Assembly (NCBI GenBank): GCA_043228905.1 | Contig: JBHGNT010000923.1 | Span: 1-13,837 of the forward strand | Length of the DNA: 13,837 bases | Direction: 5' to 3' | Origin: Azolla caroliniana | Lineage: Eukaryota > Plantae > Polypodiophyta | Shown: piece by piece, positions 8,929 through 13,837 of the stretch | How positions within the stretch are numbered: the stretch's first letter is position 1 | Layout of the letters: every line of letters begins with the position of its first letter | Translations under genes and position numbers: made by a program | The notes under the pieces: model-generated | The model's input: the letters and a program-made list of their open reading frames with translations, nothing else | Databases searched by the model: none | What the model was told of the DNA's origin: nothing

Positions 8929-9547
8929 TGTAAGGAATAGACGCTTCGATTCACCTTCTTCTCTCGGCCACAACCGAGTAATCGCGGATCAATGCAGCAG
9001 AAAATAGGAACCACACGAAAAAAAAGCAAGAACGCGAGTACACAGGGATTAACGTGGAAAACCCAGACGGGAAAAACCACGGGAGTACAAGACTCCAACC
9101 CAACACTATACAGAGAAGTATACAATGGCGAGCTGCAAGGCGACGACCTTGAGCTCGCTGTCCTCGCCACAGGCGGCGGAAATACACAGAGGCGTCTACC
9201 TCTTCCTCTCTCGCGCTCTATCTCTCTCTCTCTCTCTCTCTCACGGCTGCTTACACTTCACTCCTCTTGAGTGGAAAAACAGAAAAATGAGAAGCAACAG
9301 CAAAACTGTTTGCCCTAAGTCATATTTATACTTATATGACTTTGGGCTATTTACAACTGTAGCCTCAGGGGCCCATAGCGAACATATTCACGGATATGTC
9401 CCTGCATCCGGATCGCTCTCCGGGTACATTCGTCATCCGGTACCGAAACCGGGGTCTTCGTCATCCGGATCCGAAACCGAAACCGGGCTTGTCGGCATTC
9501 ATCTCCGATATCCGACCATCCCATGCGAAGGGACCGTAATCCCAACA
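8929..9547 (-). repeat. Copia 5' LTR (619 bp)
   Basis: Matches 4196-4812 by eye at all positions except (TC)11 versus (TC)10. It is followed by the PBS on the minus strand. Confidence 0.97.
9324..9330 (-). promoter_or_regulatory. Putative TATA box of the Copia 5' LTR (copy at 4589-4595)
   Basis: Minus strand TATAAAT downstream of the GC-rich, repeat-containing U3 and embedded in a 14-bp inverted repeat. Confidence 0.7.
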
Positions 9548-9552
9548 ATGCC
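9548..9552. repeat. Right target-site duplication (ATGCC) of the Copia element
   Basis: Identical to 4191-4195. Confidence 0.95.
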
Positions 9553-9711
9553 GATAACACAAGATTCCTTATTTCTATTATTACTTCCCGTACAGACCAC
9601 CAAATTTAATGTGCTACATCTCGTTATGAAGGTCTAATTGAGGGCTTTCTAACTCTTTTCTTTGTGCCCAATTCCGTTGCCGATAGAGAGCACAACAACA
9701 ATGAATTCGCT

Positions 9712-9716
<5 letters not shown>

Positions 9717-9752
<36 letters not shown>
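9717..9752. repeat. (CT)18 microsatellite
   Basis: Perfect dinucleotide run at the outer end of the left inverted-repeat arm. Confidence 0.95.
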
Positions 9753-9756
<4 letters not shown>

Positions 9757-10073
9757 ATATGTGGTCATTTCTCTATGTTTAGGTTTGCTCTTTCTTTCTT
9801 TTATTATTCAATCTCCTTTTCCTTCTAATTTCTCTTTTTCCTGTATCCTTCAAAGTTTTTTTCATTCTTCTTCTTCTCTATATCTCTCTCTCATTTTGAT
9901 GGTTGATGTCTCTCATAGAATGGCTTTGGTGGAGGGAAGGCAGTTTGACTTGTAATAATTACATGTTAATTTTGATTCGTCTACAAAAAGTGTAATTCCA
10001 AAAATTTCCACAAAATCAAATATATCTATCGACTCAACAAAATATCTAATAATGCCCAATCGTCACTAAATTG
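9753..10073. repeat. Left arm of a long inverted repeat (pairs with 10787-11087)
   Basis: For example, TGGTCATTTCTCTATGTTTAGGTTTGCTCTTTCTT and CAATCGTCACTAAATTG have reverse complements AAGAAAGAGCAAACCTAAACATAGAGAAATGACCA and CAATTTAGTGACGATTG in the right arm. Confidence 0.93.
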
Positions 10074-10791
10074 AGGCCCTACAATTGCGAACATTGTGTC
10101 CTTTCCCACGACACCTTCCACAATGATGTTCTTTCTTCTTTGTGCCTTCTTCTATTGTGCGTATATGTTTGGTTTTTGGACGTCCAGGAGGTCTTCGTGT
10201 GGCTGGTGGTAACATGCCTCCAACAATATTATCATGAGTTACAATAACATGAAATATTGGCTCCTTGTAAGTATCACAATATGATTGCAACAAATGTGCC
10301 TTGTGTGCAAAATATTGAACTCCTTCCCTTCGAAACAAAATAGTAGTCGCTGCATGTGCACAAGGTAACCCCATATTCTGCCATTGTCCACAAGTACATA
10401 TCTTCTTATCCACATAAACAATCCTAACATGTTTCGGAGTATGGATCTCAAAAACATCATTAGTAGATGGCAAAATACAGTATAGTCTTCCACGTTGTAT
10501 GGATTCTCTAATGAAATTCTCTACATGTCCAACCAATCCATCATGTCTTATCTCTCCATTAACTAATCCAATACATGCTTTAGAAGTTTCTCCATTAACT
10601 GTCCTTTCATAAAACCATGACATTATCTTTTGGCGTATCAATTCCATCATCCCTAGAATTGACATAGCTCTAGGCTCTAACAACCATGCATTTAGGGACT
10701 TGGCAATGTTAGATGTCAAGTGTCCAAACCTTTTCCCTGAAAACTTACATGTAGCCCAATGTGAGGGGCTGACAGTGCTCATTAGCCAATT
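10066..10791 (-). pseudogene. 5'-truncated MULE (MuDRA-like) transposase: end of catalytic region, SWIM zinc finger and C-terminal CCHC knuckle
   Basis: NWLMSTVSPSHWATCKFSGKRFGHLTSNIAKSLNAWL matches the TxNxxESxN motif with Glu->Lys at 10699-10701. SWIM is CTCGQWQNMGLPCAH, followed by LPPATRRPPGRPKTK and the knuckle CGRCRGKGHNVRNC. The N-terminal DNA-binding region and the first two catalytic Asp residues are absent. Confidence 0.9.
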
Positions 10792-11087
10792 TAGTGACGA
10801 TTGTGCATTATTAGATATTTTGTTGCGTCGATAGATATATTTGATTTTGTGGATATTTTTGGATTACACTTTTTGTAGAAGGATCCAAATTAACATGTAA
10901 TTATTACAAGTCAAATTGCCTTCCCTCCACCAAACCATTCTATGAGAGACATCAACCTTCGAAATGAGAGAGAGACAGAGAGAAGAAGAAGAAGAAAAAG
11001 AAAAAGAAAAATTTGAAGGAAAAGGGGATTGATCAATAAAAGAAGAAAGAGCAAACCTAAACATAGAGAAATGACCATATATAAATA
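10787..11087. repeat. Right arm of the long inverted repeat (pairs with 9753-10073)
   Basis: Reverse complement of the left arm, with scattered substitutions and an ~20-bp length difference in the pyrimidine tract. Confidence 0.93.
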
Positions 11088-11124
11088 CACACACACACAC
11101 ACACACACACACTGTGTGTGTGTG
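11087..11124. repeat. Compound (AC)13(TG)6 self-complementary microsatellite
   Basis: An ACAC... run is immediately followed by TGTG... Confidence 0.9.
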
Positions 11125-11252
11125 AACTGACCTTCTATGGATCATAATGATGAAGACGATTGATCAACCCAATGAACAAGAAAGAAAGAAAAGACTACAT
11201 TGTTAGGTACAAAGGACCCAAAGAATCGCTTAAGTAAAGAAATTTGTGTTTG

Positions 11253-11406
11253 AAGGGTATTATGGTAAATAGGGCTTATAGATTTGAGTGTATAATTACT
11301 TTATAAAGTGTAATTTTTGGACATATTGGTAGTTTGGTAAATTTGGAACTTAGAGGGGCATTCTGGTAAATAGGCGAACTTCCAAGGGTATCCTATTACT
11401 TTTCCC
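11253..11406. repeat. Putative MULE terminal inverted repeat (right end) with internal repeated motif
   Basis: Ends TTTTCCC (GGGAAAAGTAATAGG on the minus strand; Mutator TIRs start with G). TGGTAAAT occurs at 11263, 11335 and 11364. The partner TIR is not in the window. Confidence 0.55.
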
Positions 11407-12637
11407 TATAAAGAATTAGTTGTTGAGCATAAAATTGTAACCCAACTCAATAACTCCTCATTATTGTTAAAAATAGATTCAACAAAATATTGTATAGGGT
11501 TATAGTTTCATAGTTTACTAGAAAAATAACCCATAAACTTGCCAATTGGGGGGCGTGGGGGCATGAGCCTAATCCACTCCCTAGATAATAAAATTTGTAG
11601 TTTAGCGAGAGACCAAGTGCGATCAATGGGATAGGGCCAAGCCCATGGCAAGGATCAAACATGGCTTCTCTAAAATTTATGACATTAATGTTGTGGTGTA
11701 TATCACTAAGGCAACAAGACAAAAGAAAAACGAGCACGAGAGATATTGAAAGGCACTATGATTAATGATAAATTGCTTTTTATTCTTTGGGTCAACTCCA
11801 ATAAATATATAATATTCATTACATATGGCCCTTATGACATAGATATTTCACCCACCTCAGCATTGTCTTTTTTAGTATGGGTGTGATCATTATCTTACTT
11901 GAAAACCTTTACGTTATGCATCTTCAAAATAACACTATAAAAAAACCAATTGGCATGGATTGTGTACGACACAAATGAGACTCAAGACCACCTTTATTTA
12001 GACTTTTGTCTAGTAATACCAAGCTCTTTTCAAAATATTGTTGTGAACAATGATACATATACTTTCTCTTTAAATTAATTTAAGATTACTATGTAGATAT
12101 ACATAACTATGATAAGATTTTTCATAATGCTAATGTACACACAACAAATTCAATCTACAGGATGGGGTCTAGCCAATGGAGTAAGTCATTGACATTTATG
12201 CTAAAGTGAAAATTAATCAAGAAATTCATGTTTTTAATAACCATGTGTTTGTGTAATCAATGAACAATATGCTACAAGTGTCATTAATTTGTAAAAACAA
12301 AGGAATGTGAAAAAGAGCGATTTTCTTTGAAAATATCCACATTTAGAATATATTTTAGATTCATAGAGACAAAGTAGATTTCATGAAGAACTATGCTCAA
12401 TGTACATACATGGACTAGATGCACATCATTTTTCACCATTTTATCTTAGTTCCTACTTAAAATTAAAGATTCATCCTTCAAATTTTGAACATTATACTAT
12501 TAGAATGCATCATCAAGAAGAGATTCATACTGAGGGAACTCTCCTTAGCGAATCATACTATTGATAGGAAGATTTAAGTTTGCAAAATTTCTAGGTAACT
12601 TATGACGATGGAAGGTAGACCATAACTTAAGCCCAAA

Positions 12638-12821
12638 CGTTGATATCAAAAGCTAGGACTCGTCCAGGCTTGTTGCAATTATTATGTTTGGGTTCTTGGA
12701 ACACTGGATCTGTCAAGAGTATATGTGTCCACCATTCATGTCAAAACCTAGGTCTTGTCCAGACTTGTCGCAAATCATGGTTTTTGGGTTCTTGAAACAA
12801 AGAATATGTCAAGAGGATGTG
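12638..12821. repeat. Diverged two-copy tandem repeat, period 95 bp
   Basis: TCAAAAGCTAGGACTCGTCCAGGCTTGTTGCAA...TTTGGGTTCTTGGAACA...TGTCAAGAG at 12646 versus TCAAAACCTAGGTCTTGTCCAGACTTGTCGCAA...TTTGGGTTCTTGAAACA...TGTCAAGAG at 12741. Confidence 0.85.
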
Positions 12822-13520
12822 AAATAGTTGTAATTGAATGTTAGGTTAGGAATATTGATATAGTTAATGAGAGAATCATGATCATCAATATGCTCCTTGG
12901 TATGGTTTTCATGGGGAAGTGGTTGGAGCAATATCTAGTTGAATAACAACATAAGAAGTGTTGCTTGGGCTTTAGCAAACATTGGAGTTGTGTGTGCGTG
13001 TGTGTTGTTGAATAAAGGGAGGCACCAGATGAACTTTGGGTGACTCTACGAGTGGATTGACCTATATGACTCTCTCTTTCTGTCCTCAAAACGTGAGAAC
13101 GAGTACTACAACTCCTCAATATGTCAACATCATCTTGATCATGCACAATATAGGGGGCCAAAGGTTTATAGATGATCAAACATGGATGATGGAAGCAAGC
13201 ACCACCGTGAAATGTTTGGGGATGGTTGTTGGTCGGTAGACAACCCCATCTTTTGTGAACGGGCATAAGCTCCACTAGTTTTTCATTGCTTTCTTCGAAT
13301 TCAACTCGTCTCTATGTAGAGCGGTTTCTTTTTATCTAGGAATTAAAAAGAGAGGAATGTAGGGCATTAGGTTCTCGGCTCTTGGCTCGATACATGTGTT
13401 CCATATTAGCATAGACCTTTGGGTTTATATTGTGCCAAGGGAAATTGAAAACACGTGCATAGTTTGTTACATTGAACTCATAAAAGGTTTGCAACCAACG
13501 TTGGATGTCCTTTATGAATC

Positions 13521-13837
13521 TTATCCCATCTTTTTTCTAGTGAGATCCCAAGTAAACCAACCCACTATCAATGCAACATAACCAATGACCACACCAATTG
13601 GTTCGAAAATATCAGTGGCCTTAATCGGGATTTCCCCCCTACTTGAGGTGGAATTGGGGTTGAACTTGGTGGTATCATCATTCCCACAAGGAAAGGATAA
13701 AGGGGCACCACATAGACCAGAGTTCCCTTCATAACTTTTGTTAGAAAATGTCGAGAATTGGTTGCCAAGAGGTATTGAACCCTCGAGTTGATTGTACGAA
13801 ACATTGAAATAAGTTAGAAAACTGAGCATTGTCAATG
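13521..13837 (-). CDS. C-terminal end of an LRR receptor-like protein (Cf-9/RLP-type), truncated by the right window edge
   Basis: The last plant [22 protein letters not shown] is followed by the RLP cap [27 protein letters not shown], a juxtamembrane linker, the hydrophobic segment [17 protein letters not shown] with GxxxG, a short basic tail RKKMG and a stop. No kinase domain is seen downstream. Confidence 0.88.
   Translation of the reverse strand, partial: LTMLSFLTYFNVSYNQLEGSIPLGNQFSTFSNKSYEGNSGLCGAPLSFPCGNDDTTKFNPNSTSSRGEIPIKATDIFEPIGVVIGYVALIVGWFTWDLTRKKMG

Larger units (their letters stand above)
4196..9547 (-). mobile_element. Full-length Ty1/Copia LTR retrotransposon (probably Tork/Tnt1-Tto1-like), 5352 bp, very recent insertion
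   Basis: Two near-identical TG...CA LTRs, a 5-bp TSD, PBS, PPT and a single gag-PR-IN-RT-RH frame in Copia domain order. The lineage is inferred from protein motifs and the LTR GGTTTTTCCC...GGGTTTTCCACG motif. Confidence 0.97.
9753..11406 (-). mobile_element. Non-autonomous Mutator-like element (MULE) derivative with long inverted arms; left terminus not visible
   Basis: A MuDRA-type C-terminal fragment is flanked by ~300-bp inverted repeats. A TIR-like right end finishes ...TACTTTTCCC at 11406. Boundaries are approximate. Confidence 0.7.

Noticed and set aside
9400-9490. Regularly spaced ~28-bp repeats considered as a CRISPR-like array
   Set aside because: The units are adjacent with no unique spacers, lie inside a eukaryotic LTR, and no cas genes are present.
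9662-9955. Similar hydrophobic ORFs at 9662-9955 (+) and 10864-11145 (-) that look like a duplicated membrane-protein gene
   Set aside because: They are translations of the two inverted-repeat arms and their CT/GT microsatellites.
11538-11652. Short imperfect inverted ends CTTGCCAATTGGG / CCCATGGCAAG suggesting a MITE
   Set aside because: Only 7 bp match perfectly and no TSD is evident. It cannot be supported without a copy-number search.
12163-12230. GGGGTCTAGCCAATGG resembling a tRNA/SINE A-box
   Set aside because: No B-box (GTTCRA) at the proper spacing, no cloverleaf, and no tail or TSD.
12841-13275. 144-aa minus-strand ORF downstream of the RLP, considered as a possible kinase exon
   Set aside because: It has a non-ATG start, no kinase or other motifs, and includes a CA-repeat translation (THTHTQ). 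It is probably non-coding 3' flank.

Overview
This window is plant nuclear DNA, probably from a non-seed plant given the Tcn1-like chromovirus (inference). It is a nest of four transposon classes next to the 3' end of an LRR receptor-like gene. (1) 1-1120 (+): the 3' end of a Ty3/Gypsy chromovirus (integrase C-terminus, chromodomain with a nonsense codon, PPT, 3' LTR). It is inserted in (2) a decayed L1-like LINE (-), with ORF2 at 2532->1121 and ORF1 at ~4056->2546. (3) 4196-9547 (-): a very young, full-length, GC-rich Ty1/Copia element, probably in the LINE 5' leader. It has an ATGCC target-site duplication, LTRs that by eye differ by only one TC repeat unit, a tRNA-iMet PBS, a PPT, and a gag-pol broken by one TGG->TAG change in RNase H. 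(4) ~9753-11406: a Mutator-like derivative whose 3' transposase fragment is enclosed by ~300-bp inverted arms that both include the stop codon, a fold-back structure reminiscent of maize Mu killer. AT-rich spacer with a 95-bp tandem duplication follows, then the C-terminal coding end of an LRR-RLP (13521-13837, -). I see no evidence of a wholly new biological system. The fold-back MULE and the young but nonsense-carrying, CCGG-rich Copia are the best leads.
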